Part shown: in pieces, positions 35,673 to 45,415 of the stretch | Layout: each line of letters starts with the position of its first letter | Numbering within the stretch: position 1 is the first letter of the stretch | Assembly (NCBI GenBank): GCA_944387685.1 | Contig: CALXFW010000059.1 | Coordinates: 3,761-67,760 of the forward strand | Origin: an uncultured Oscillospiraceae bacterium | GTDB lineage: Bacteria; Bacillota; Clostridia; Oscillospirales; Oscillospiraceae | Length of the DNA: 64,000 nt | Reading direction: 5' to 3' | Made by a program: the position numbers and the translations under genes | Notes under the pieces: generated by a model | Databases searched by the model: none | What the model was told of the DNA's origin: nothing | What the model saw: only the letters and a program-made list of their open reading frames with translations

Positions 35673-35851
35673 GTATGTATTCGACAGAATGTGATACCTG
35701 CTGGTATTATGATTATGATGAGGAGCTGGACACCGAAACCTGTTCCATGGATTTGGACGAGGACGAGGTGTACCGGATTCTCAGCGCCCCCCGTCAGCAC
35801 TGCCCCTTTTACCGGCAGGGCGACGACTATATCCTTGCAAGGAGGCAATGA
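35669..35851 (+). CDS. Small Cys/acidic protein (DUF6472-like)
   Basis: C..C.YY.YDEE....C...LDEDE...CPFY..GDDY...RRQ pattern; overlaps both neighbours. Confidence 0.7.
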   Translation: MSMYSTECDTCWYYDYDEELDTETCSMDLDEDEVYRILSAPRQHCPFYRQGDDYILARRQ

Positions 35852-37701
35852 CCATGAAACGCCTGATTCCCCTGTTTTTGTCCTGCCTGCTGCTTTGCGG
35901 CTGCATGGCCAACGCCCATGCCCAGCAGCTTCCCACCACCCAGCCAACCACCGTTCCCACCACTGCCCCGACCCAGGCTGCGGAAACAGCTTCGGTTCCT
36001 GCAGAAACCGTCACCCAGACAGAAACCTCCGGCAAGGGGGTTCGTCTTCCGGTAAAGGACGCCTACCACATTCTGTCCCTGGGCGAAAATCTGGTGGTCT
36101 TTTCCGGTACTGAGGGTACGGTTATGACCCTGCTGAAGGGAGACGACCTGTCGGTAATCTCCTCCCGGGCTCTGGAATTCTTCCTGGACGCTTCCGATCC
36201 CTCCGTCCGGGTCTGTGATGGGGAACTGACCTACTTTGATCCGGTGAACCGGCAGACCGTGGTGCTGGACAGCAAGCTCTCCGCCGTCAGCCACATCGCC
36301 GCACCGGAGGATCTGGTGGGCAGCCCCATTCTTTCCGCAGACCGGAACATCCTCTACTACTGCACCCAGACTGCCATCCGGGCCTGGAACCTGGAGACCG
36401 GCATTCGCCGGATGCTGAAGGAACTGTCCTACCCCCAGCAGGCGCTGTCCGGACTCCACCAGGATGACCAGGTGGTTCAGTGCACCGTGGACAACGGCTC
36501 CGGCCCGGAGACCCTGTTTGTCTCAGTAGAGGACGGAACCATCACGGCCCAGCAGAAAGGCGAGGTATCCCTTCTGACCCTGGAGGACCGGTATTTCGCC
36601 ACCTTCCCGGTGGCCGCCACCACCGCCCATGTCTTCGGCACGCTGGACAGCGGCGCCCGGATGTTCCTGCCGGAGGACCCGCTGGCCCAGGTAACCTTCC
36701 TTCCGGATTGCCAGGGCGCCGCCGTATGGGAGAAGCTGTCGGAAACCCAGGTTCAGGTGCAATACTATGACCTTGCCTCCGGCTGCCTCACCGACACCCT
36801 GACCCTGGAATCCGACTTCCTGCCCGCCGGTGTGGTCGCCATTGGTCAGGACCTGTATGTGCTGATTTTCGATTCCCAGTCCGGGTATTACACCCTGCAC
36901 CGCTGGCAGCCCAGTCTGACTCCCCTTTCGGACACGGTATATACCGGTACATACGACAAGGCGCCGGACACCGCCGCCCTTGCTCAATGCCAGAAGAAGG
37001 CCGATGAAATTGGGGCAAAGTACGGCATCACCATTCTGGTTGGCGACGCCGCCGTTGCTGTTCAGCCCTGGGACTATGACCTGACAGAGGAATTCCTGGT
37101 CCCGGTGATTGAGCGGGAATTGGACCTGCTGGACCAGCGTCTGACGGTCTATCCGGGGGATATGCTGTCTGTAATTGCCTCCCATTTTGACAGTCTCAGC
37201 ATCTGCCTGGTGCGTCAGATCACCGGCACCGCAGAGTCCGGCAGTCTGGACAGCGCCAACGGGCTCCAGTTCCTGGAGGGCGGCAATGCCTACATTGCCA
37301 TCACCGCCGGCAAGTACTCCCAGCAGTCTCTGTACCATGAGATGTACCACGCCATGGAAACCCATATTCTCACCGAGAGCACTGCCCTGGACCAGTGGGA
37401 AACCCTGAATCCGGAGGATTTTGCCTATGACTACAGTGTTCAGGGAGACAGCAGCCGGGACTCCAGCGTATATCTGGCTCCGGAAACCCGGGCATTTGTG
37501 GATGCCTATTCCATGAGCTTCCCCATCGAGGACCGGGCCCGGATTCTGGAAAACGCCATGCTGCCGGACAAGGAGGAGCTGTTCCAGACGGATACCATGC
37601 AGGCAAAGCTGGCCGCCCTCTGCCAGGGTATCCGGGAATCCTTTGACCTTCCCGAAGAGCCCTGCCTGTGGGAACAGTACCTGCGGCAGTCTGAAGCCTA
37701 G
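35848..37701 (+). CDS. Lipoprotein with C-terminal zincin-like (HEXXH) domain
   Basis: Lipobox LLLCGC, Thr/Pro linker, LYHEMYHAME and downstream YSMSFPIEDRA. Confidence 0.65.
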   Translation: MTMKRLIPLFLSCLLLCGCMANAHAQQLPTTQPTTVPTTAPTQAAETASVPAETVTQTETSGKGVRLPVKDAYHILSLGENLVVFSGTEGTVMTLLKGDDLSVISSRALEFFLDASDPSVRVCDGELTYFDPVNRQTVVLDSKLSAVSHIAAPEDLVGSPILSADRNILYYCTQTAIRAWNLETGIRRMLKELSYPQQALSGLHQDDQVVQCTVDNGSGPETLFVSVEDGTITAQQKGEVSLLTLEDRYFATFPVAATTAHVFGTLDSGARMFLPEDPLAQVTFLPDCQGAAVWEKLSETQVQVQYYDLASGCLTDTLTLESDFLPAGVVAIGQDLYVLIFDSQSGYYTLHRWQPSLTPLSDTVYTGTYDKAPDTAALAQCQKKADEIGAKYGITILVGDAAVAVQPWDYDLTEEFLVPVIERELDLLDQRLTVYPGDMLSVIASHFDSLSICLVRQITGTAESGSLDSANGLQFLEGGNAYIAITAGKYSQQSLYHEMYHAMETHILTESTALDQWETLNPEDFAYDYSVQGDSSRDSSVYLAPETRAFVDAYSMSFPIEDRARILENAMLPDKEELFQTDTMQAKLAALCQGIRESFDLPEEPCLWEQYLRQSEA

Positions 37702-37736
37702 GCATGCCATAATTCCCGCCTATCAGAGCTAATATT

Positions 37737-37838
37737 AAAAAGGTGGCAGACATTTTCCTGTCTGCCGTCTTTTTCTATCCCCATCTGAGGCAAAATGAGG
37801 ACGCAGGCTCCCGGGAGTTCCTTCCCAGGAGCCTGCGT
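37737..37838. terminator. Two tandem stem-loops between convergent lipoprotein genes
   Basis: AAAAAGGTGGCAGACA-N6-TGTCTGCCGTCTTTTT (37737-37774) and ACGCAGGCTCC...GGAGCCTGCGT (37801-37838). Confidence 0.7.
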
Positions 37839-37876
37839 TTGGCATTTTCAAAGATACGGGAGTTGCGCAAGCCGGA

Positions 37877-38656
37877 TCAGGAAAACCGGATGGCGAAAAT
37901 GTATTCTCCGGTGTCAAATGGGACGCGGTAAAAGGCATACTGGTTCTCCCCCTCCCCCCGGGTCTGAACCGTGAGGACAAACTGTCCCTTGTTATCCGCA
38001 TTCAGAAGATGCTCGGTGGTTTCCATCTGCCCATCCGCGAAATATGTCTCAATTACAGTCAGGGTGTCGGTTTCGCCCACCAGCCAGTGGAAGGTAACCG
38101 TACCCTCCCCCGGAACATCCGCCCCATTCACAGAGGACAGCTCCCCGTCAAAAGCCCCCTGAGGGAACCAGTCCAAAACCGGACTTTCCGTAGCATAGCT
38201 GGATTTCACGGTGCACACCAGGGTGTCCACCCGGCTGAGGCGGTACTTCCACTGGGTCTGCCCTTCCTGCTCCAGCGTCAGAATCACGCTGTCCTCCTCT
38301 TCCACGGTCAGTCGGTATTGGGACCCGTTCTCCGTCGTCAGGAGCCACAGCCCTTTCTGTCCGGAGTCGGTCTGGTCTTCCCGAAATTCCATGGTCCCGA
38401 TGGTTGTCCACTGGTCAGAGCCGGGAACTTCCATCCATTCCAGAATGTCCTCCATCCGGTAGTCCAGCCGAACCAGCGGAAGCTGCTCCGGGGCGGAATC
38501 CCCAGATTCCAGCACCTCCTCCACCCGGTAGGTATGGCCGAAGGGCGTTTCTCCCTGGAAGCCGGTGCCGGCATTTCCGCAGCCGGCCAAAAGAGCCACA
38601 GCGGCAGCTATGGTCCACAGAAGTATCTTACGCAGAGAGCCATTGGTTTTTTTCAT
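37877..38656 (-). CDS. Hypothetical lipoprotein
   Basis: Lipobox LLAGC; acidic, beta-rich mature region; TTGCGA-17-TACAAT promoter upstream. Confidence 0.65.
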   Translation of the reverse strand: MKKTNGSLRKILLWTIAAAVALLAGCGNAGTGFQGETPFGHTYRVEEVLESGDSAPEQLPLVRLDYRMEDILEWMEVPGSDQWTTIGTMEFREDQTDSGQKGLWLLTTENGSQYRLTVEEEDSVILTLEQEGQTQWKYRLSRVDTLVCTVKSSYATESPVLDWFPQGAFDGELSSVNGADVPGEGTVTFHWLVGETDTLTVIETYFADGQMETTEHLLNADNKGQFVLTVQTRGEGENQYAFYRVPFDTGEYIFAIRFS

Positions 38657-38751
38657 GGGATTTCCCCCTTTTCCCGCAGAATCCGGTCTTTTGCTTTTTC
38701 ATTGTACCATAGAAAGTCCTCTTTCGCAAGCTTGGGCGAATCATTCCCCCA

Positions 38752-39435
38752 TCAGAAGAGGAGCAGGGACAGCACCACGGTCATTACGCCGCACACGCCA
38801 ATGGCAAGGCCGCTCATAGCCCCCTCTATCTCCCCGATTTCCACTGCCTTGGAGGTGCCCACCGCATGGCTGCAGGCCCCGATGGCCAGCCCCGCAGCTA
38901 CCGGGTCTTGGATTCCGAACAGGCGAATCATGGCCGGAGCCAAAATGGCCCCCAGAATTCCCGTGACAATCACCGCCACAACCGTAATGGGTGCCATGCC
39001 TCCGGCGGATTCGGCAATGCTCACCGCAATGGGGGTGGTCACCGATTTCGGCAGCAGGGATGCCGTCAGGGCATCCTCCAATCCAAACAGCCGGCACATC
39101 CCATACACGCTGGCCATGGAGGTCAGGGAACCGGTGGCGGAGCCCACCAGAATCGGCAGCCAGTACTGCTTCAGAATAGCCCGTTTGGAATAGATGCCCA
39201 CTGCCAGGCAGGCGGTTGCCGGAGCCAGGAACAGGCTGATGATTTCCCCGCCGGCATTATAGGCTTCATAGGGAATCCGGAACACCAGGAGCACACCCAG
39301 TACCAGCACAATGGCAATCAGCAGCGGATTGCAGGCCGGTGTCCTCAGCTTCCGGTTCAGCGCTGTGCCAAGGGCATAGGCCAAAATGCTGAGGGAAATT
39401 CCAAAATAGGGGGATTCCAACAATTCCGACATCAT
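38752..39435 (-). CDS. lrgB: LrgB family membrane protein
   Basis: NPLLIA, LLPKSVTTPIA and SHAVGTSKA motifs. Confidence 0.92.
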   Translation of the reverse strand: MMSELLESPYFGISLSILAYALGTALNRKLRTPACNPLLIAIVLVLGVLLVFRIPYEAYNAGGEIISLFLAPATACLAVGIYSKRAILKQYWLPILVGSATGSLTSMASVYGMCRLFGLEDALTASLLPKSVTTPIAVSIAESAGGMAPITVVAVIVTGILGAILAPAMIRLFGIQDPVAAGLAIGACSHAVGTSKAVEIGEIEGAMSGLAIGVCGVMTVVLSLLLF

Positions 39436-39806
39436 TTTCCAGTTTGTTTCCTTTCTCTCTTTTTCATCAGGCGAACCGTCAGCTGCACGCTCCAGGCGGT
39501 GGCGCCGAAGGTGAGAACCGTGGTCACCAGGCAGATCACCCCAATGGGAATTGCCGCACTGCGCAGAACGTCAAAATAGCGGATAATGCTCACCCCAGCC
39601 GGGACAAAGAAAAAGGCCATATTCCCCAGGAGAAAGTCCGCTTTTTCCTGAATATGGTGAATTTTAATCAACCCGGAGGCCAAACACAGCAGCAGAAGCA
39701 CCAGGCCGGTCACACTGGCCGGCAGGGGAATCGGCAGCACCGCCTCCACCGCCAGGCTGATCCAGCAGATGCCAAACAAAATACCCACCTGTTTGATTAT
39801 TTTCAT
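39432..39806 (-). CDS. lrgA: CidA/LrgA holin-like protein
   Basis: PLPASVTGL and NMAFFFVPAGV motifs; start MKIIKQ. Confidence 0.9.
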   Translation of the reverse strand: MKIIKQVGILFGICWISLAVEAVLPIPLPASVTGLVLLLLCLASGLIKIHHIQEKADFLLGNMAFFFVPAGVSIIRYFDVLRSAAIPIGVICLVTTVLTFGATAWSVQLTVRLMKKRERKQTGK

Positions 39807-39868
39807 ATGCTTCCTCTCTTCCATGACTCCGTCAGAAACCCCCGCTGCGGTGCAGCGGGGGGTTCCCC

Positions 39869-40426
39869 TTATAGAATCAAGCCAATCAGCAAATTTCCAA
39901 CGCCGCACAAACACATCACCAGTATGGGATTCCATTTGAATTTGCGCAGCAGGACAAAGGCCGCCGCAAACAGCGCAAGGCCGATGAAATTCAGGTTTTC
40001 CACCGCCATAGCCTGGCCGTCCAGCGCCACCTGCATCAGGATGGACAGGCCCGCAGAGGCAATCAGGGCCACCACCGCCGGACGCAGGCTGGCCAGCACA
40101 CTTTGCAGCACCGACAGCTTCTTGTACCGGTAATAGATGAATGCCAGCAAAGACACCACGAACAGCGACGGCAGGATGCATCCGAAGGTGGCAATCAGCG
40201 CACCGGGGATACCGGCAATCCGAATACCCACGAAGGTAGCGGAGTTCACCGCGATGGGGCCGGGCGTCATCTCTGCGATGATAATCAGGTCCGTGAATTC
40301 GCTCATATCCAGCCAGGCGTGGTGCTGCACCACCTGAGCCTGAATCAGGGGCATGGCCGCATAGCCGCCGCCAATGGAAAACAGGCCGATTTGGAGGAAA
40401 CTCCAGAATAGCTGTAAGTAAATCAT
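39869..40426 (-). CDS. chrA: Short-chain chromate transporter (CHR family) subunit
   Basis: GLFSIGGGYA and AEMTPGPIAVNSATFVG motifs. Confidence 0.9.
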   Translation of the reverse strand: MIYLQLFWSFLQIGLFSIGGGYAAMPLIQAQVVQHHAWLDMSEFTDLIIIAEMTPGPIAVNSATFVGIRIAGIPGALIATFGCILPSLFVVSLLAFIYYRYKKLSVLQSVLASLRPAVVALIASAGLSILMQVALDGQAMAVENLNFIGLALFAAAFVLLRKFKWNPILVMCLCGVGNLLIGLIL

Positions 40427-40998
40427 GCCGCCTCCCCTTTCTTATGCTGAAGCAGCGCCAGGATAATCCCCAGCACCCCAGCCGCCAGAATGATGTAAAT
40501 CACGTTCACGTTGAAGAAGAAGGTGGCGCAGAATGCCGCAACCATCACCAGCAGATGCACCGGAGACTTGGTCTTGATCACGCCGGCGCCCAGGTTGCAC
40601 ACCACATCCAGAATCACCGCCGCCACACCGGACTGCATACCCTTGAGCACCAGGGCAACATAGGAATTGGTGGCAAAGGCGGCATAGAAGAAGGAAATCA
40701 CCGACAGAATCACCAGCGGCGGCAGAATGGTGCCGATTACCGCCACAATCATCCCCAAGAATCCTCCCACACGCCAGCCCACCAGAATCGCCGCGTTCAC
40801 CGCAATGGCGCCCGGCGAGGACTGGGCCAGAGCCGCCAGGTCCAGCATCTCCTGGTCGTCAATCCAATGCAGGCTGTCTACAAATTTCCGCTTCATGAAT
40901 GTGATGATGACAAATCCTCCGCCAAAGGTGAAGGCGCTGATGTACAGCACGCTAAAAAACAGCTTTACCAGCGTTTGCCGATCGGCTTTTCCTGTCAC
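40423..40998 (-). CDS. chrA: Short-chain chromate transporter (CHR family) subunit
   Basis: SAFTFGGGF and AQSSPGAIAVN motifs; paired with the neighbouring subunit. Confidence 0.9.
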   Translation of the reverse strand: MTGKADRQTLVKLFFSVLYISAFTFGGGFVIITFMKRKFVDSLHWIDDQEMLDLAALAQSSPGAIAVNAAILVGWRVGGFLGMIVAVIGTILPPLVILSVISFFYAAFATNSYVALVLKGMQSGVAAVILDVVCNLGAGVIKTKSPVHLLVMVAAFCATFFFNVNVIYIILAAGVLGIILALLQHKKGEAA

Positions 40999-41142
40999 AA
41001 ACGATTCCTCCTCCGTTTTGCTTTCCTTTATTCTAACAGGAAAACGGGAAAAGGAATAGTGGGAAATACGCCAAAAAACAGATTTATTTCCCGTACAATT
41101 TTGAAAGCCCCAGTCCTCCGGCGGATATCCCCAGGGAAAGGC

Positions 41143-43746
41143 TCACCCGTTCTCCACCTCCATCTGGCACAGTACTGCGATATCTTCAATCTGGCCCAGA
41201 TAGTCCCCGAACCAGCTGTCGGCGCCTTCGTTGATGATGCCGTAGTCTCCCCATTCCGACCGGGTGATGTCATAGGACCAGACAGCGCCCTGGGTATTCA
41301 GATACCCATCCCCTGCAACGGAAGCAGGATAGCTTCTTTCCACTTCTACGCCATCTCTCGTATACGCCAGATAATAGCGGGTGTCCGGGTCCTCCTGGGA
41401 TTGGTACCCATCAGGCCAGAAGCTGAAATACAGCCACCCTTCCGACACCCCCTCCGGCCGGCAGCGGACGCCGAAGCTCTCCGCCCCCGGACTGTAATCC
41501 ACAATCTCGTGCTCCCAGCCGTCGATGAGCTGCAGCAGCAGAGAGAACCCGCCCTGCACAAAGCGTACCGGCTCCTGCCAGGCATACTCGCCGCCCACGG
41601 AATAATTCACCAGGGAGGCGCTTGTCATCAGGTCCTCCATAAAAGCGCGGAGCGGCTCATCCTCCAGATTCCAGAAGGTAACCTCCCCCTCCAGAATCTT
41701 ATATCCCATATCGTTCTTCAGTTTTTCCAGTTCTCCGCACACGGCCATGGACAGCCCCCCAGAATCGGAGCGAATCACCACCCCCAGACCGTTCACCGGG
41801 TCCAGCAGGGTTACTGAGGAGCCCCCTTCTTCCAGATCGGAGTAGAGTCCCATATAGCCGCCCCGGATATCGGGGTTTTCGTCCAGCAGGAATGCATCGC
41901 GGGGAATCTGGTGCAGAATGTCCAAAAGGGCTTCCAGCACCTGTGCGTTCAGAATTCCGGAGTTATTGGATGTGCTGTAGACATTTCCTGTGTTATGTTT
42001 CTTCAGAACATGGAATACCCGGGCGGTTTCAATCACATCAGACGTCACATTCTGCGTCCAGTTCCAGGGCTCCTCTTTGGTGGCAAAGGGCGCGCCGGAG
42101 GTGGAACGGTCTTTCACGCCGTCCGTGGCAGCAGCGGCCAGCTCCTCCAGATAGGTCCCTTGCTCCAGACGGTAAATTTCACCACGCCCTTCCTCCTGGA
42201 TTTCCCACACATACTGAAAATCCAGGGAAACCGTATAATACACGTTATTCCCTTGAGAATGGGACACCCAAACATTGGGATTCCGGGTATCCTCTAAAAT
42301 GGATTGCGGTACTTCGGACTCTGGGACAGGCGCTCCCTGGAGGGAAGTCTCCAGCAGGGACAGGACCTGAACCGCATCTTCACTGGAAAGGCTGGCAAAC
42401 CGCTTTTCATACATGACCGCAACATCGGAAATATCCTCCGGCAGAGCGGACGTTTCCCCTTCTCCAGAATCGGCCCCATAGCGTTCAAACAAGTCCTTCA
42501 CCCGGGCGGGCTGCAGAACTGCATAGGTGTAGGTGGGCTTTACCTGGTTATCAATCCATACTCGGGAGAAGTCCCGACTGAAATTGATAAAAAGGCGGTC
42601 ATTCAGTACGACCTGATTGCTGGCATCCCGGTCTTCCGCCCGGCTCCGGGAAGCCTCCCGTGTTCTCACCTGGATTTCTCCCAAAGCCGACACTGCGCCG
42701 TCCAAATCCTGTACCCTTCGGGACTCTCCCTCCTGAACCAGGGTCATTCCCGTTACGTTATCCAGAAGGTCCCCATAGTTCCTGGCGTCCTGAATCCCCA
42801 TCAGCGGCATTCCCTCCGGGTCTGTCAGGAATCCCACCGCCACCACAATGCACAGCAGCAGGGCAGCGGCCATGACCCAAAAGCCCGGCTTTTTGTAGCC
42901 CATTACACTTTTAATTCGGTCCTTTACCCCCACTTCCCCAAAGGCCAGGGGACAGGCGGCAATGGACTTGCGGCGGATGCTGCAATGGAGCAGAGCCTTG
43001 GAATAGGCCTGCCGCTCCTCCCGGGACAGGTCCCGGATCACCTTCTCATCGCAGGCGGCCTCAATATCCCGGCACAGCAGAATGTAGGCCAGCCACAGCA
43101 CCGGGTTGAACCAGTACACGCTGAGCAGTGCAAAGCCCAGAGGCTTCCACCAGTGGTCCCGGCGGCGGATGTGGGCCCGCTCGTGGGCAATGACATAGTC
43201 CCGGTCCTGCCCTTCCAGATGGATGGGCAGATAGATCACCGGGCGGAACAGCCCCAGCACAAAGGGGGACTCTACAAATTCACTGCGCTTGATTCCCGGC
43301 TCCATCGGGATTGCTGTCCTGACCCGGTGTTTCAGACGCAGATAACTGGCAAGGGCATACAGCAGCATCCCCGCCGCTCCCCCAGCCCAGAGCCAGGCCA
43401 GAACAAAGGACCAGACCTGGGTGGGATTGGCGCTGGCCCCCGGGGCGGGGGTTAAGGACTGCTCCAACACCGGGTTCACCGCCTCGTCCACCACTGCCAC
43501 ACCGCTGTGAATCTGGGGGGTGGCGGTATAGATGATCTCCTGGGGCAGCGGCTCCCCGCTGGGAATCAGGCTCAGGGCGCTTTCCAGAGAAAGGGGACAC
43601 ACCAGCCGCAGGGCAACCAATCCCCACAGCAGGCACAGCGCCCATTTGGGGGTCCGGCGGAAGATCAGCCGGATGGCCGCCACCGCCAGCACCAGCCAGC
43701 TGGCGGTGATGCTCATATTCACCAGTTTCAAAAACAGCGCTTCCAT
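41143..43746 (-). CDS. M56 (BlaR1-type) metallopeptidase with large uncharacterised extracellular region
   Basis: SPFVLGLFRPVIYLP, HERAH, WFNP and DIEAACDE motifs; no recognisable penicillin-binding sensor domain in the C-terminus. Confidence 0.88.
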   Translation of the reverse strand: MEALFLKLVNMSITASWLVLAVAAIRLIFRRTPKWALCLLWGLVALRLVCPLSLESALSLIPSGEPLPQEIIYTATPQIHSGVAVVDEAVNPVLEQSLTPAPGASANPTQVWSFVLAWLWAGGAAGMLLYALASYLRLKHRVRTAIPMEPGIKRSEFVESPFVLGLFRPVIYLPIHLEGQDRDYVIAHERAHIRRRDHWWKPLGFALLSVYWFNPVLWLAYILLCRDIEAACDEKVIRDLSREERQAYSKALLHCSIRRKSIAACPLAFGEVGVKDRIKSVMGYKKPGFWVMAAALLLCIVVAVGFLTDPEGMPLMGIQDARNYGDLLDNVTGMTLVQEGESRRVQDLDGAVSALGEIQVRTREASRSRAEDRDASNQVVLNDRLFINFSRDFSRVWIDNQVKPTYTYAVLQPARVKDLFERYGADSGEGETSALPEDISDVAVMYEKRFASLSSEDAVQVLSLLETSLQGAPVPESEVPQSILEDTRNPNVWVSHSQGNNVYYTVSLDFQYVWEIQEEGRGEIYRLEQGTYLEELAAAATDGVKDRSTSGAPFATKEEPWNWTQNVTSDVIETARVFHVLKKHNTGNVYSTSNNSGILNAQVLEALLDILHQIPRDAFLLDENPDIRGGYMGLYSDLEEGGSSVTLLDPVNGLGVVIRSDSGGLSMAVCGELEKLKNDMGYKILEGEVTFWNLEDEPLRAFMEDLMTSASLVNYSVGGEYAWQEPVRFVQGGFSLLLQLIDGWEHEIVDYSPGAESFGVRCRPEGVSEGWLYFSFWPDGYQSQEDPDTRYYLAYTRDGVEVERSYPASVAGDGYLNTQGAVWSYDITRSEWGDYGIINEGADSWFGDYLGQIEDIAVLCQMEVENG

Positions 43747-43757
43747 ACGGCACCTCC

Positions 43758-44108
43758 TTACCCTTCGATAATCCGCTGAATTTCCGTAATCTCCTCCGGT
43801 GAAAGCGCCTGCCGTTTTCCAAAGGCTGCAATAAAGGCTGGCAAAGAGCCTTCAAACTTTTTCTCCATCAGCTCGTCCAGCTCGGAAAGCTGGACCTCCT
43901 CCTTGGACACCAGAGAGGTGACGATGGTATTCTCATTTTTCAGCACCCCCCGGTCGGACAGCCGCTTGATGACGGTATAGGTGGTGGTTTTGGACCAATC
44001 CAGCTTCTCCTTGCACAGTCTGGCCAGGTCGCTGCTCTTGATGGGTTCGTGCTCCCACAAAATCAGGCAGAAGCGGTATTCGCTTTCAAATATTTTCGGC
44101 GTGGGCAT
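43758..44108 (-). CDS. BlaI/MecI/CopY-family repressor
   Basis: ESEYRFCLILWE, W.KTTTYTVIKRL..RG and FEGSLPAF motifs; directly upstream of the M56 gene. Confidence 0.92.
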   Translation of the reverse strand: MPTPKIFESEYRFCLILWEHEPIKSSDLARLCKEKLDWSKTTTYTVIKRLSDRGVLKNENTIVTSLVSKEEVQLSELDELMEKKFEGSLPAFIAAFGKRQALSPEEITEIQRIIEG

Positions 44109-44122
44109 ATGGGCTTACCTCC

Positions 44123-44177
44123 TTATTCTAATCCATTAGAATAACTGTATTCTAACAGATTAGAATACAGTTGTCAA
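44123..44177 (-). promoter_or_regulatory. blaI promoter with two tandem palindromic operators
   Basis: TTGACA-17-TAGAAT (44177-44149); palindromes TTATTCTAA-N4-TTAGAATAA and AACTGTATTCTAA-N4-TTAGAATACAGTT. Confidence 0.85.
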
Positions 44178-44266
44178 GGCTTTCCTGCCCGGGATTGCCG
44201 TTGCATTTTCCCGGTGCAGATGGTATGATGAACAAAAGAAAGACCATTTTTCAAGGAGCATCCGCC

Positions 44267-45415
44267 ATGAAGTTTTTTCATCTGTCCGACCTGCATATCG
44301 GTCTGCGGCTGTACAACCGGGACCTGAAGGAAGACCAGACCTTCGTGTTCGACCAGATTATCCGGGCCGCCGGGCAGGAGCAGCCGGACGCCGTGGTCAT
44401 TGCCGGCGATGTATATGACAAGGCCATTCCCTCCGCCGAAGCGGTCTCCCTGTTCGACCGGTTTCTCTCCGGTCTGCACCAGGCCATTCCCCAGGGGGAA
44501 ATCATGGTCATCAGCGGCAACCACGACAGCGGCCCCCGGGTCAACCTGTATCGGGGAGTTCTTCAGCGGCAGCACATCCACATGATCGGACTGCCGCCCC
44601 AGGCCCCGGAGGAGATGATCCAGCAGGTTACCCTGGCGGACAAATTCGGCCCTGTACACTTCTACCTGCTGCCCTTTGTCCGGCCCTCCATGGTGTCCGC
44701 CGTAGTGGGCGGCTCGGAGGAGAGCAGCCTCAGCTACGACGAGGCCCTGCACCGGCTGATTCAGCGGGAGGCCATCGACCAAAACGCCCGGAATGTGCTG
44801 GTCAGCCACCAATTCTACCTTCCCCCGGGAGGAGACGCCGCAAGCGTTGCCCGGATGGACTCGGAGACGGTCACCGTGGGCAATATTGACGCAGTATCCG
44901 GGGATTTTCTGGAGCTGTTCGACTACGCCGCTCTGGGGCACATCCACAAGCCCATGTCCGTGGGGGACAGCCGATTCCGCTACTGCGGCACGCCCCTGGC
45001 CTGCTCTGTCAGTGAAGCCGGGCAGGAAAAGACGGTTCTGGTGGTGGAACTGGAAGAAAAAGGCAGCTGCCGTATCCGTTCCCTGCCTCTGGTCCCACTG
45101 CGGCAGGTCCGGATTCTGACCGGGACACAGGAAGCGGTGCTGGAACAAGCCTGCAATGACTATGTATCCGTGGTGCTCACGGACCCGATAGATTTCGATG
45201 TGTTCGACGTCCAGGACCGGCTCCGGGCCGCCTTCCCCAATCTGCTGGAAGTGCGCAGGAATGCCCTCCCCGGGGCAGACTACAGGGCCGCTGTCCCTGC
45301 CGCCGGACCCATGGACCCCTTTGACCTGTGTTCCGCCTTCCTGGGTGGTGTGGACGATGGGGAGGCCGCCCTGCTCCGGGAGGTCATCAATGCAGCCCGG
45401 GAGGTGACGCCATGA
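44267..45415 (+). CDS. sbcD: SbcD exonuclease subunit
   Basis: SDLHIG, AGDVYD, GNHD and ALGHIH motifs; TTGCAT-17-TATGAT promoter at 44201-44229. Confidence 0.93.
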   Translation: MKFFHLSDLHIGLRLYNRDLKEDQTFVFDQIIRAAGQEQPDAVVIAGDVYDKAIPSAEAVSLFDRFLSGLHQAIPQGEIMVISGNHDSGPRVNLYRGVLQRQHIHMIGLPPQAPEEMIQQVTLADKFGPVHFYLLPFVRPSMVSAVVGGSEESSLSYDEALHRLIQREAIDQNARNVLVSHQFYLPPGGDAASVARMDSETVTVGNIDAVSGDFLELFDYAALGHIHKPMSVGDSRFRYCGTPLACSVSEAGQEKTVLVVELEEKGSCRIRSLPLVPLRQVRILTGTQEAVLEQACNDYVSVVLTDPIDFDVFDVQDRLRAAFPNLLEVRRNALPGADYRAAVPAAGPMDPFDLCSAFLGGVDDGEAALLREVINAAREVTP

